From: a virus
Lineage: Duplodnaviria > Caudoviricetes
Virus record (IMG/VR): IMGVR_UViG_3300033069_001536
Location: 2,386-66,385 of that record
DNA length: 64,000 bases
Direction: 5' to 3' (one strand)
The position numbers and the translations under genes were made by a program. Each line of letters opens with the position of its first letter. Within the stretch, counting starts at the first letter, position 1. Positions 47,112-57,439 of this stretch are shown here, in pieces. The notes under the pieces are model-generated. The model did not search any database, was not told the origin of the DNA, and was given only the letters and a program-made list of their open reading frames with translations.

Positions 47112-48805
47112 TGGCAGCAGGAATAGGAGAAGCAATCGGTTTACAGGATAAGCCCAATTTATTTGCAGGACAAGCAGCGGGAGCACTTGCCAGACTATCT
47201 GCGGAAGAATCTGCAAGAGAAGCAGCACGAAGAAAAGCTCAGGAAAAAGATGAAGCAGATACCAAAAAGGTAATTTCCGATGCGGATATTTACTCTAAGA
47301 ATACTACGTGGCATAAGATGTATGCTCCGGCAGTTCAGCGGGAAATGGCTGATTTTGCCAATGACTATATTAAATACAAGTCAGAAAATCCGAATGCTCC
47401 TAGAAATGGCGCCTATGCAGTAACCAGATTACAGGAACTTCAGAGCAGGTTAAATCGTCTCAAGCAAAATAACGATGCTTTTAAAGACTTTGAAAAAGGT
47501 GTGCAGGAAGGAAAGTACTATGCAGATCCGAATTTGTTCAAGAAAATATACGAGACCGATTTTACAAAGAAATTGTACCGCGATGAAAATGGAAGAGTAG
47601 TCAGTGGAGATTGGGCGGCATTAAAGCCGGATGAACGCTACGGCGCCATGATCGATGCCAATGGAGATTTTATTTCCAATCCGGTCAAGAAATTTGATTT
47701 TCAGAATAAGATTGGTGGGTTTATGAATAACCAAAATGTCTGGACAGAAAAATCACTGATCACTCAAAGACAGAAAAAAGGTGTTCCGGGAATGTTCGAA
47801 GATATTTCTGTAAAAGAAGTCGATCCATTACAACGGGAATCTTTTGTCGATGAAATGGTGAGTAATCCGGATGCAGTTCGTGCATGGCAAATTGAGAACA
47901 AAGATCGGATTGATGGAGAACTTGCTAAAAATCCTTCGTTAAAAGATCCACGAAATTATTCTCAGTTCGTACAGGAAACGATGGCGGAAGATGTGAGATT
48001 AAAAACTTCCGGAAGGAAAGAAGATCGTGTAGGAAGACACATTGCTCCTCCGAAACCACCGAAGGCAGCAAAACCAAAAGGGCCGTCACTGGATGCAAGT
48101 TTTGATGATCTGAAAGACACCATTACAGAAACGGATACATTCAGTGCTCCGATGGGTAAACAGGTATCTGAGAAGGAAGACCTTGAAAAACTTCGTCAGC
48201 AAGTCAAGAAAGATGAGATTGATGCGAAAGAGTATGCTTTGAGTGAAACAGATAAGAAAGCGGCTGCTAAACGGAAAAAGCAATTGGAAGATCAGGAAAA
48301 GGCGTATGGAAAAGAAGGCGCTACTGACGTTAAATACAGTTATCCCACTACATTAAAAACTGCAAATCAGCCGACTGTAGTTAATTTAGGTCCGGATGTA
48401 ATTGACTTAAAAACAAATACAGCTCCGAATGAATCCAATCAATTGAAGTTTATTCCTCGTAAAATAGGAATGCTGAAGGTGAAAGGTAAGTGGGGAGCTT
48501 ATGTATTTGGAGAAAGTTACGACAAAGCAGCAGCAACTGATTCTGATGGAAATGTTCGTAGTGATCAAACTACTTCCGGCGATTTTGCTATTCCATTAAG
48601 CAAAGTGGAAGCGTTCTTAAATCAACAAGGAACTCCTACTAAATGGACAAGTGAAGCATTGCAAAAATTGAAAGGTGCTTCTCCAAAAGAAACAAAATCT
48701 GAAGACAAGGCTTATACTCGTGAAGAGTTAAAAGCGATGAGTCCTAATTATACAGATGCAGTAATTGATGCGGCAGTAGCCGCAGGTAAAATCAAATTAA
48801 AATAA
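47111..48805 (+). CDS. internal virion/ejection protein 2
   Basis: 564 aa, helical and charged, typical position. Confidence 0.55.
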   Translation: MAAGIGEAIGLQDKPNLFAGQAAGALARLSAEESAREAARRKAQEKDEADTKKVISDADIYSKNTTWHKMYAPAVQREMADFANDYIKYKSENPNAPRNGAYAVTRLQELQSRLNRLKQNNDAFKDFEKGVQEGKYYADPNLFKKIYETDFTKKLYRDENGRVVSGDWAALKPDERYGAMIDANGDFISNPVKKFDFQNKIGGFMNNQNVWTEKSLITQRQKKGVPGMFEDISVKEVDPLQRESFVDEMVSNPDAVRAWQIENKDRIDGELAKNPSLKDPRNYSQFVQETMAEDVRLKTSGRKEDRVGRHIAPPKPPKAAKPKGPSLDASFDDLKDTITETDTFSAPMGKQVSEKEDLEKLRQQVKKDEIDAKEYALSETDKKAAAKRKKQLEDQEKAYGKEGATDVKYSYPTTLKTANQPTVVNLGPDVIDLKTNTAPNESNQLKFIPRKIGMLKVKGKWGAYVFGESYDKAAATDSDGNVRSDQTTSGDFAIPLSKVEAFLNQQGTPTKWTSEALQKLKGASPKETKSEDKAYTREELKAMSPNYTDAVIDAAVAAGKIKLK

Positions 48806-51800
48806 TGGCTGGCAACGATCCACTTGGGATTTTAGGTGAAACTGCAAGCGGTGATCCATTGGGATTGCTGGATGCTCCTGTACAAGAAAAAGTTACAGAA
48901 ACCGTTACAGAAACTCCATCTGAAACCTCTATTCCTACTGTTACCATGGATGCCAATGATGGACTTGTTCCTGAAGGTAGCGGTGAATTCGATATTAAAA
49001 ATCCTACTAAAGCTACCGGTGTAATTAATATTCCAAAAGGAGGCGTGACCTCTGTTGCTCTTCAGGTAGAACAGGATAAATTGGCGAATAACCAAAGTGA
49101 GTATGTAAAGAATGCCAAGAACGAAATTCGGAAACTAGCAATCAATACAGATTTCTCTGCTCCACCGGTAGATCCGATGGAAGGTCAGCAGCAGCAATTG
49201 ATAGAAGGTGGAACTCCGGATGCAGCAGTAGCTCCAAAAGTTACGGATTACGAACAGGCTCTCAATTACATTATCAATCCTGAGAACACTCCCGAAAATC
49301 AGATACAGTTATCAGATACCGACAAGGAAGATCTTGCTAAGTATGCTCAGGTAGCAGCACAAAGTGCACCGGCAATCCAGCAGTTATCAAAACAACTGGA
49401 ACAAAATCCTGATGATGTAAAGACATTGAATGATCTTGCCGATGTGTTATCGCACACCGATGATACTGCTCAGGCTCTCTCATTATACAGTAAAGCGAAT
49501 GCTATTCAAGAGAACGGTCAGTCATTGATGGGACTTGGTAATACGTTTCTGAAAGCGGGAGATAATAAGAATGCAAGAAATGCTTTTGAAGATGCTTACT
49601 ATAAAGACAAAAATCCTGATGCGTTAGTAAAAGCAGCGTATGCGGAGTCAGCTTTAGGAAATACGGCGGCTTCATTGGAAATGATTGACAATATCAAAGA
49701 AGAGTTTCCAAACTACTCTTATGGTTATGCGTTATCGGCTTACAACAACGAAAAGTTAGGCGATAAATCTGCTGCTGCAGTAGATAATGCTACTTACGAA
49801 ATCCTCCGTCAGCAGGAAATGTTGCCCGAATCCGTAAATGCTGATGACCCGAACTCTGATTATGCCAAAGAGCGTGCATCTCAGGCAGCAAGATTGGGTG
49901 CAATACATGATGCTATTGCTGCACCGATCAATTTCTTTGGGGAGATGGAGATGGGGACGATCGAAGGCGGTATTCATGGATTAAAGAATTTCGTCGAGGG
50001 CGGAGCGGGATTGCAAATGGGTGGAGACAAGATTGGCTCTGTGTTAAATATCTTGAATGGTGCAGCAGAGACGGCGTTCTCAGGAGCAATGGCAATGGCA
50101 CCGGTAACAAATGCCGGATTTCACATGCTTCCTGAATCCGTGAATAAAGTACTGATGCAGCCACTTAATGTGGTTAGCGGCTTATCTGACAAGGAAATAG
50201 CTCAGATGAGTGGCAATAAGCAAGCATTACTAGCTCTTGGAAATACGCTCGGATCAATTGCGGTGCTCGGTGCCGTCCATAAAGGCAAAGGTGGTTTTTC
50301 AGAAAAAGAGAATGAAGCGATCTTAAATATTGTCAAAGGTGAATCCATCGATTCAGAAGGTCTTTCCTTAAAAGGCATTGTTGATAAAGCAAAGAAAGTA
50401 CTGGAAGATTCCAAACTCACCGACTATCAGCAAGCAGAACAGGTATGGAAGAGCATCCCGGAAGATCTGTCTATCCAGGATAAAATGACTGCTATTCCTG
50501 ATCTTATCAAACGTGAACGCTTACAGGAAGAAATGGCAAAAGCATCTCCTGCTTTTAAAAACTACTTTAAAGAGAAGATCGATAAGGTCGATGAAGATAT
50601 CAATGCTAAACTTTCTATCAATTTAGGATTAAAAGAACAGGCAGCAGAGAAGACAAAATCGGCGGAAGCGCCACCTAAAACCATAACCAATGAAACAGTC
50701 AAAACCAGTAAAGTCGAAGAAGGTAGTGGTAGTAAGCAAGCCGAAGTCATCCGGAAAGATGAAGTCGGGCAAGAAGTGCTGATACCAGAGTACAGTGAAA
50801 AGCTAAAAGATGTTTCACCTGAAACCAAGGTTGTGGACCTTCCTGATGGAATATCAGTGGAGTTCAATGGCGAGAAGGGAACGATTGGGAGATCGGAGAC
50901 GGGTGAAACACTTTTTATTAATGCAGAAGGAAAAGAAACAATTGTCGGTGGTGGTGGAGATGTGTCTACACTAGCAGAAAAGGGAATTTCCCGTACTGAA
51001 GGAACTTATTCAGATAAGCGTGGAGATTATTATGTGAAGGATGGGCGGGTATTTGAAGTTACCAAAGATGGGCTGAAGCCTGTTTACGAAGGAGAGAAAG
51101 CCAATGTAGAACGGAAAGAAGCGATTATTCGTAAAGCTCTTAATCCGGAGAAGCCGAAAGAGAAAATTGTTGAACCGGTAGTTGAAGAGAAACCAATTGA
51201 AGTTAAACTTGAAGAAATAAAAACTGAACCGGTAGCAGAAACAGTAAAAGTAGCAGATGCTCCTAGTTCCAGACCGATAGAAAAATTTGAATCGGAAGTA
51301 GCTTTTGAAGAAGCGGGATCAGGTCATAATGTTTTATTTACCGATAAAGACGGAAAGAAAAGTGTAGTAGGGAAAGTATTTGGAACAGAAGGAAAAACAG
51401 GAGCAGAATTTGATTCGTGGGTAAAACCACAGATTGAAGCAATCCATTACAAAGAAGTAGTAAAAGCTGTTGAGCGAGGAGATGTTGTTCCAAAAGAAGT
51501 TCTTGACCATTATTTATCTTCTAAAATAGAAGGTGATTACAATGGAATGTTAGCTGAAGCAATTAAATCGGTAAAAGAGAATGGTCCGAAAAAAGAAATT
51601 TTCAGCGAACAGGAGATTGGTGAAGTAATGGACAAAAGAGCTGAGGAGCTTTCTCAAATGAAACGAACGAAGGATTATGTGTTTCAGCTCATTCACGATA
51701 ATTTCGATGGCATCAGTTTAGCAGACTGGACTCGTTACGGAGATGCCAACTGGCTGAAAGGGAAAGAAGGTCGGGCATTTAAAAAGAAATACATTAAGGA

Positions 51801-54800
51801 AAATGGACTGACTAACTTAGAGGAGAATGTAGTTAAAATGTCCGAAGAGGCGAATATTGATATTCAGCCGCAGGATGTAATTGATTACATTATGGACCGG
51901 GAGATGAATCCTAAGAAGTATGACGGAAGGTTAAAACAATGGAACGATGCAGCGAGTATTCCTAAAAAAGACGTACCTTCATTATTAAGTGGTGATGATG
52001 CAATGGTATTAAGTATTGCAGAATCTAACCGTGGATTGGGAATGACCGATCTGGAAGTGGATACAATCAAAAGATACGTAGAAAGCAAAGCAAAAAATGA
52101 AGCAAGAGCGAAAAATACCAAGCCAAGATCAGCAGAAAGCGCACCAAAAGGTGAGGGAACTGTTGCAAAGAGCGAACGAGTGGGACGAAAGCCAGGAGAA
52201 AAAGCTCAGAAAAAGAAGGATGAAGCTAAAAGTGTAAAGGCTGAAGAGAATAAGTATGTCGGAGCGGAAAAGAAAATTACTAAAATCTTTGATACACTTC
52301 GAGCAAAACTGATTGCTGATCTTCCGGAAGGAACAAAGAAAAGTGGTGTTGGAGCGAAAGAAGTGCTGGACGCTGCGGAGAAAATTGTGAAGGCTGCGCT
52401 GAAAGCCGGGGAAGCGATTGAAAAAGCTATTCAGAAAGGCAAGGATTACATTAATGAGAATTGGAAGAAGGAGTTTGGTGATATTGAAAATATTATTGGG
52501 AAAGAATCAGAGGTTAAGCCAAAAGGATTAAACCAAGATCAATTAAAAATTGCCGAGTCTAAAGATTTTAAAGAATGGTTTGGTGATTGGGAGAAAAAAG
52601 AAGGAAGTGTAAGCAAAGTCATAAATAAAGATGGAGAGCCATTAGTTGTATATCACGGCTCTCCAAAAATCTTCAGCGACTTTAATTCAAACAAATTAGG
52701 AGAATATACTGGTGCAGATTTATCAAAGGAAGGGTTTTTCTTTTCTGATAAAAAGAGTGTATCAGAAACATACAGGAAAGCGGCAGTTTTAGATAGTCCT
52801 AATTTAAGCAAATTGAATAATGCTTTAGGAAAGCTGACTGATAAAAAATTAATAAAGCTACTAAATAAAGTATTTGGTTATGGAGAAAGCCAATTTGAGG
52901 GGACATCTAAAAAAGATTTAATAGAAGAAATTTTTAGGGATGTCGAAATTGATTCAGAGGGGGTTTATTCGGATAGGCGAAAATATATTGAGGGTGTTTC
53001 TGAATTCTTAAAAAAAGAAGGTATTGAGTTTAATCCGTATAAAGATATAGGTAGCACGAATAGTGTTTTTTTAAATATGAAAAAACCATTCACTCTTGAT
53101 GCGAAGGGTGAAGATGTTCAACAATTAGAATTATCTGATATATTTAAGAAAATCAAGAAAGAGGGACACGATGGAGTTATTATAAAAAACGCTTATGATG
53201 CAGTAGTTTTTGAAGAAAAAGGGTTTGATAATATAAAGTCTAATTTATATATTATTTTTAAGCCAGACCAGGCGAAGATTATTAATAGTGCAAATCGTGT
53301 TTTCGAAAAAGATAACCTATCAAAATATTATGGTGCAGAGAAGTCGGTTAAAGCGGCATTTGAAAAGCTCCGTGAAAAACTAATTCCCAGGTTACCGGAA
53401 GGTACAGAGAAAATGGGTCTTGGCATGGAAGACTTACTCAATGCGGCAGAGAAAGTGATCATCGGTGCAATTCGTGCAGGAGAGAAGATCGATGTAGCAA
53501 TCAGCAAAGGTCTTGATCACTTAAAAGAAAAGTGGGATGATTCCTTTGGTGAATTCCCAGAGAAAGAACTGCGTGATATTTTAAAGGAAAACGGAGAAAT
53601 TCAACTCTCTCACGAAAAAACAGATGCTTTAAGGGAAAAATATGGAATGGAAGAACGGGAGATCAACGATCCTGTTTCTACTGAAAAGACTCGTGCTGAA
53701 GCACAAAAGATAATTAAAAAAGGTTTTGATGTTATAAAACTTGCTAATGAGGTTATAAAAAAAGAGCGAACAATCACTCCGGTAGAACGTGCAATCTTGG
53801 CTGAACGTGTTGCTATTTTAGATAAAGAACTTTTGGAAGGCGATACCACTTCTCCTGAGTATGCTAAGAAAATGGAGGAGCAGAATAAATTGATCAAAGC
53901 CTCTGAAATTTCCGCTTCTCAGGCGGGTTCTTCATTAGGATCAATTGCACATATTAAAGTTGTAGCAGATGAATCTTTATCCGGATATTTTCAGGAACAG
54001 CGAAGAGTCAACAAAGAAGGTGCACTTACTGAAAAGCAGACTGCTACCAACAAGAAGGAGTTTGAAGAAATTACGAAAGTAAAAGAAGCCTACGAGAAAC
54101 GAATTGCTAAAATTCAGGAAGAGAATAACCGGTTAAAAGCCGAAAAGCAACTTGAAAAACTTGCTAAGAAAACTTCCAAGCGAACAGCCAAAGAAAAGCT
54201 GGATGAGGATTTTGATCTACTTGCAAAAGAATTCTCTTCCATTGCAAAGAACACACTGAATGCCGGTATCAATCCGGAACTGATTCCGGTTGTCTTAAAA
54301 ATGGTGAAAAACCGTGTAGAGAAAGGTGTGATCACACTCTCAGAAGTAGTGGATGCAGTGCATGAGAAAGTAGGCGAATTCGGTATTTCCAAAGAGGATA
54401 TCATTGCTGCCATTGCCGGAAAGCATGGTCCGGAAAGAACGCGGTCAGATGCAGCCAAGAATTTATATGAGTTAAAGCAGGAAGCCAAGTTAGTACAGAA
54501 GCTAACAGATCTTCAGAATGGGAAGGAGCCAAGTTCAGAAAGAGGGAAAGTTCAGAAAAATGCCCGTTTGGAAGAACTACGCAAACAGATCAAAGAACAT
54601 GATTTGACTAAAACGGCGGAATACAAAAAGAGACTCGATGCTCAGATTGCAGAAGTGGAAAGAGAGCTTGCTACCGGTGATTTTGCAGTAGAAGAAAAGA
54701 AAGAGCCGTTAAAACTTGATAAAGAGACACTGGAACTTCAGGACAAGTACATGCAATTAAGTATGGAACGGGAAGCTCGTCTTTTGAGAGAAGAATATGC

Positions 54801-56115
54801 TCAGAGGTCAATGGGAGAGAAGGCCGCCGATATTGGTATGTCGATCATGAATGCTCCGATGACATTAATGAGTAGCGGTGACTTGTCAGCAGTGTTACGT
54901 CAGGGATTGGTTGCTTCTACTTCACATCCGATACTTGCAGCAAGAGCAAGTAAGCGCATGCTGAAATTCTTTAAATCGCAGAAAGATTTTGACCGTTGGC
55001 ATTTTGAAACAAAGAATGATCCCCGTTACCTGCAAGTAAAAGAAGCCGGACTTGCTATTGTGGATCCGCATGATCCGAAACTTGCAGCCAGGGAAGAGGC
55101 CTTTATGGGAAATATCGTAGAGAAAATTCCTATTTATGGTAGCGGTATCCGGCTTGCAAAGATCAAGGACGGGAAATTGGTACGGACAGAAGGTGAATAT
55201 GGAGGACTCGTAAAAGCCAGTGAACGAGCCTATGTTGGCTTCCTGAATAAAATGCGCTGGGATGTGTATAATTTACTCTCAGAGAGACTTGAAAAACAAG
55301 GAATCACATTTGAGAATAATCCTACATTATATAAGGAGTTGGCAAGTCATGTGAATAATATTACCGGAAGAGGGAATATTCCTAAAAAAATGGAACGTCT
55401 TTCTCCGGCACTGAATGCTGCGTTCTTCTCGCCTCGTTTGTGGGCATCTCGTCTGAAATTACTATCTAATTGGGCAAATCCATTATGGTATAAAAAAGTG
55501 CCGAAAGAAGTCCGTAGGTTCTATTGGGAAGATATGGGCAAGTTTGCTGCAGCTGCCTCTATTGCTTACTTATTATCAAGCGCAGGTGGAGCAGATGTGG
55601 AAACCGATATCCGATCATCCGACTTTTTAAAGATCAGAAACGGAAAGAAACGTTATGATATTCTTGGAGGTTTTCAACAGCCAATCAGAACACTTGGTCA
55701 ATATGCAACAGGACAGAAAAAAGATATCGATTCAGGGGAAATTACAGAATTGACCGATTCGGACAAGTCACTTCCAAATCGATTGCTAGAACAAAAACGT
55801 TTGGCGGTATTATTACAGCACATTAGAGGAAAACTTTCTCCAGTGCCGGCGGCATTTACCGATTTTGGTATGGGACGGATGATGGATTATTCAGAACCTA
55901 CGGTAGAGAAAGAAATTATGCGTATGATTGTTCCTCTTGCATGGCAGGATATAACATCTGCTTATGGAGAAGAAGGTGCAAAGTCTTTTGTGACAACAGC
56001 GCTTCCTACTATCTTAGGTGTGAGTAACAGTATCTACAAAGATCCTGAGCCGGAACCGAAAGAAAAGCCAAAGAAAGCATCTAAGCCAAAGAAAAAGAGA
56101 CGGGTTTTCGAATAA
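48805..56115 (+). CDS. giant polyvalent internal virion protein (TPR repeats, ADP-ribosyltransferase-like domain, coiled coils)
   Basis: 2436 aa; TPR-like repeats about 49430-49810; FKEWFGDW..EPLVVYHGS..GFFFS..DGVII..IIFKPDQ about 52560-53290; no RNAP DxDGD motif seen. Confidence 0.7.
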   Translation: MAGNDPLGILGETASGDPLGLLDAPVQEKVTETVTETPSETSIPTVTMDANDGLVPEGSGEFDIKNPTKATGVINIPKGGVTSVALQVEQDKLANNQSEYVKNAKNEIRKLAINTDFSAPPVDPMEGQQQQLIEGGTPDAAVAPKVTDYEQALNYIINPENTPENQIQLSDTDKEDLAKYAQVAAQSAPAIQQLSKQLEQNPDDVKTLNDLADVLSHTDDTAQALSLYSKANAIQENGQSLMGLGNTFLKAGDNKNARNAFEDAYYKDKNPDALVKAAYAESALGNTAASLEMIDNIKEEFPNYSYGYALSAYNNEKLGDKSAAAVDNATYEILRQQEMLPESVNADDPNSDYAKERASQAARLGAIHDAIAAPINFFGEMEMGTIEGGIHGLKNFVEGGAGLQMGGDKIGSVLNILNGAAETAFSGAMAMAPVTNAGFHMLPESVNKVLMQPLNVVSGLSDKEIAQMSGNKQALLALGNTLGSIAVLGAVHKGKGGFSEKENEAILNIVKGESIDSEGLSLKGIVDKAKKVLEDSKLTDYQQAEQVWKSIPEDLSIQDKMTAIPDLIKRERLQEEMAKASPAFKNYFKEKIDKVDEDINAKLSINLGLKEQAAEKTKSAEAPPKTITNETVKTSKVEEGSGSKQAEVIRKDEVGQEVLIPEYSEKLKDVSPETKVVDLPDGISVEFNGEKGTIGRSETGETLFINAEGKETIVGGGGDVSTLAEKGISRTEGTYSDKRGDYYVKDGRVFEVTKDGLKPVYEGEKANVERKEAIIRKALNPEKPKEKIVEPVVEEKPIEVKLEEIKTEPVAETVKVADAPSSRPIEKFESEVAFEEAGSGHNVLFTDKDGKKSVVGKVFGTEGKTGAEFDSWVKPQIEAIHYKEVVKAVERGDVVPKEVLDHYLSSKIEGDYNGMLAEAIKSVKENGPKKEIFSEQEIGEVMDKRAEELSQMKRTKDYVFQLIHDNFDGISLADWTRYGDANWLKGKEGRAFKKKYIKENGLTNLEENVVKMSEEANIDIQPQDVIDYIMDREMNPKKYDGRLKQWNDAASIPKKDVPSLLSGDDAMVLSIAESNRGLGMTDLEVDTIKRYVESKAKNEARAKNTKPRSAESAPKGEGTVAKSERVGRKPGEKAQKKKDEAKSVKAEENKYVGAEKKITKIFDTLRAKLIADLPEGTKKSGVGAKEVLDAAEKIVKAALKAGEAIEKAIQKGKDYINENWKKEFGDIENIIGKESEVKPKGLNQDQLKIAESKDFKEWFGDWEKKEGSVSKVINKDGEPLVVYHGSPKIFSDFNSNKLGEYTGADLSKEGFFFSDKKSVSETYRKAAVLDSPNLSKLNNALGKLTDKKLIKLLNKVFGYGESQFEGTSKKDLIEEIFRDVEIDSEGVYSDRRKYIEGVSEFLKKEGIEFNPYKDIGSTNSVFLNMKKPFTLDAKGEDVQQLELSDIFKKIKKEGHDGVIIKNAYDAVVFEEKGFDNIKSNLYIIFKPDQAKIINSANRVFEKDNLSKYYGAEKSVKAAFEKLREKLIPRLPEGTEKMGLGMEDLLNAAEKVIIGAIRAGEKIDVAISKGLDHLKEKWDDSFGEFPEKELRDILKENGEIQLSHEKTDALREKYGMEEREINDPVSTEKTRAEAQKIIKKGFDVIKLANEVIKKERTITPVERAILAERVAILDKELLEGDTTSPEYAKKMEEQNKLIKASEISASQAGSSLGSIAHIKVVADESLSGYFQEQRRVNKEGALTEKQTATNKKEFEEITKVKEAYEKRIAKIQEENNRLKAEKQLEKLAKKTSKRTAKEKLDEDFDLLAKEFSSIAKNTLNAGINPELIPVVLKMVKNRVEKGVITLSEVVDAVHEKVGEFGISKEDIIAAIAGKHGPERTRSDAAKNLYELKQEAKLVQKLTDLQNGKEPSSERGKVQKNARLEELRKQIKEHDLTKTAEYKKRLDAQIAEVERELATGDFAVEEKKEPLKLDKETLELQDKYMQLSMEREARLLREEYAQRSMGEKAADIGMSIMNAPMTLMSSGDLSAVLRQGLVASTSHPILAARASKRMLKFFKSQKDFDRWHFETKNDPRYLQVKEAGLAIVDPHDPKLAAREEAFMGNIVEKIPIYGSGIRLAKIKDGKLVRTEGEYGGLVKASERAYVGFLNKMRWDVYNLLSERLEKQGITFENNPTLYKELASHVNNITGRGNIPKKMERLSPALNAAFFSPRLWASRLKLLSNWANPLWYKKVPKEVRRFYWEDMGKFAAAASIAYLLSSAGGADVETDIRSSDFLKIRNGKKRYDILGGFQQPIRTLGQYATGQKKDIDSGEITELTDSDKSLPNRLLEQKRLAVLLQHIRGKLSPVPAAFTDFGMGRMMDYSEPTVEKEIMRMIVPLAWQDITSAYGEEGAKSFVTTALPTILGVSNSIYKDPEPEPKEKPKKASKPKKKRRVFE

Positions 56116-56120
56116 AAATC

Positions 56121-56175
56121 AAGCGACAAAATTTGTAAAGGGTTGTAATTTCAAAAGTCTTTGAATATACATTTG
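56121..56175 (+). promoter_or_regulatory. putative late promoter 5 (tail/adhesin genes)
   Basis: AAGCGACAAAATTT; TACATTTG ends at +54, 5 nt before ATG. Confidence 0.65.
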
Positions 56176-56180
56176 TTCAA

Positions 56181-56798
56181 ATGGCATTAGAAATAGACTT
56201 CCAAATAGTAGAATCACCTGAATCAGATGCGATCTGGGTCTATGATACTACCGGATTTTATCACTCTACCAATAATCCTACGGGATGGGGAGGCGTAAAT
56301 CCTTCCATAGCAGATGTAAGTACTTGCAGTATTGTAGTTACGCTGCCTGATCCTGCCACTCGTCAGGTGTCTACCGATCCGGCACTTCGGTTTACACTAA
56401 CAGGTTCTCCGCTTCCAAATCTTATTGGCAACAAGCGAATTATACCAAATACCTCTCTTGGAATTGATGCGGATATTGATCTGATCGATGGGAACTATCA
56501 ATTTGATATCACCATTACCGGTGTCTTTAACGCAGTGGCTTTTACTCAGACTTTTTCTACCGTACAGTGCTTTTATGGTCAGCTGAGATGCTGTTCTGAA
56601 AAAGCAACCGTCAATGCGGATATGAGTGATGTGAATTGTGCTCCGTGTCGTGAAAAGTTCTATAAGATCATGCTGATCAATTTGGGACTTGAAGGAGTGA
56701 TTGCCAATAATGAATGTGGAAAGCCAAATAAAGCCCTTGAAATATTAAAAACAGCAACAGGACTCTGCGAAGATTGCGGATGTGCAGGTTGTAACTAA
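56181..56798 (+). CDS. tail-associated structural protein with Cys-rich C-terminus
   Basis: beta-rich N-terminus, VYDTTG..NPTGWG; C-terminal CC..CxxC..C..CxxCxCxxC. Confidence 0.55.
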   Translation: MALEIDFQIVESPESDAIWVYDTTGFYHSTNNPTGWGGVNPSIADVSTCSIVVTLPDPATRQVSTDPALRFTLTGSPLPNLIGNKRIIPNTSLGIDADIDLIDGNYQFDITITGVFNAVAFTQTFSTVQCFYGQLRCCSEKATVNADMSDVNCAPCREKFYKIMLINLGLEGVIANNECGKPNKALEILKTATGLCEDCGCAGCN

Positions 56799-56812
56799 AA
56801 ACGAAATAAGAA

Positions 56813-57436
56813 ATGTGTGCAACAGGAACATGCGATGATTGCCTTCGGAATGTAACGGTGTTAACAGGGCTGCCCGGTCGAAATGGTATCGATGGAAATC
56901 GGATCCAGATCGGAACAGGTGATCCAGATCCCGCTAACTTCAGCGATGACGATTACTATATAGATAGAAATGCTCCACTGAACTTTTATCATAAAGAAGC
57001 GGGGGTGTGGGTATTGATTGGTCGCTTGCAGGGATTGGATGGAAATGGATTTTTATATTCAGAAAGTACATTGGTTACTTCTTCTCAGCTTTTAAATTCC
57101 ATGGCCACTCCACCAATTATTACACAAGCACCTCCTGCCGGATATGCGATCATTCCAATATCTATCACAGGATCGCTTCATTACGATTCCATTCCTTATC
57201 AGGCATCACAAGGACTTTCTGTGCGGTATAATGATAATGCGAATACATTCCTGGCTAACTGGAGTGCTGCTTTTATTCAGTCCAATACAAGCGGAATTGC
57301 CATGGCGGGTATTTCACCACCTCCATTTGCTATTCCTGGTGTAGCATTGAATATAAAACCTTCTATCGCCGGAGTGATCACAACAGGTAATTCAGATTTA
57401 CTTGTACGAGTAATTTACTACATAACACCTCTTTAA
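56813..57436 (+). CDS. tail fibre-associated protein
   Basis: Cys-rich start, short collagen-like GxxGxxGxxG, DDYYID..W fibre motif. Confidence 0.55.
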   Translation: MCATGTCDDCLRNVTVLTGLPGRNGIDGNRIQIGTGDPDPANFSDDDYYIDRNAPLNFYHKEAGVWVLIGRLQGLDGNGFLYSESTLVTSSQLLNSMATPPIITQAPPAGYAIIPISITGSLHYDSIPYQASQGLSVRYNDNANTFLANWSAAFIQSNTSGIAMAGISPPPFAIPGVALNIKPSIAGVITTGNSDLLVRVIYYITPL

Positions 57437-57439
57437 TCT

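Noticed and set aside
48805-56115. Virion RNA polymerase, as in Crassvirales or N4
   Set aside because: No DxDGD/DFDID or other double-psi beta-barrel catalytic motif found in the translation
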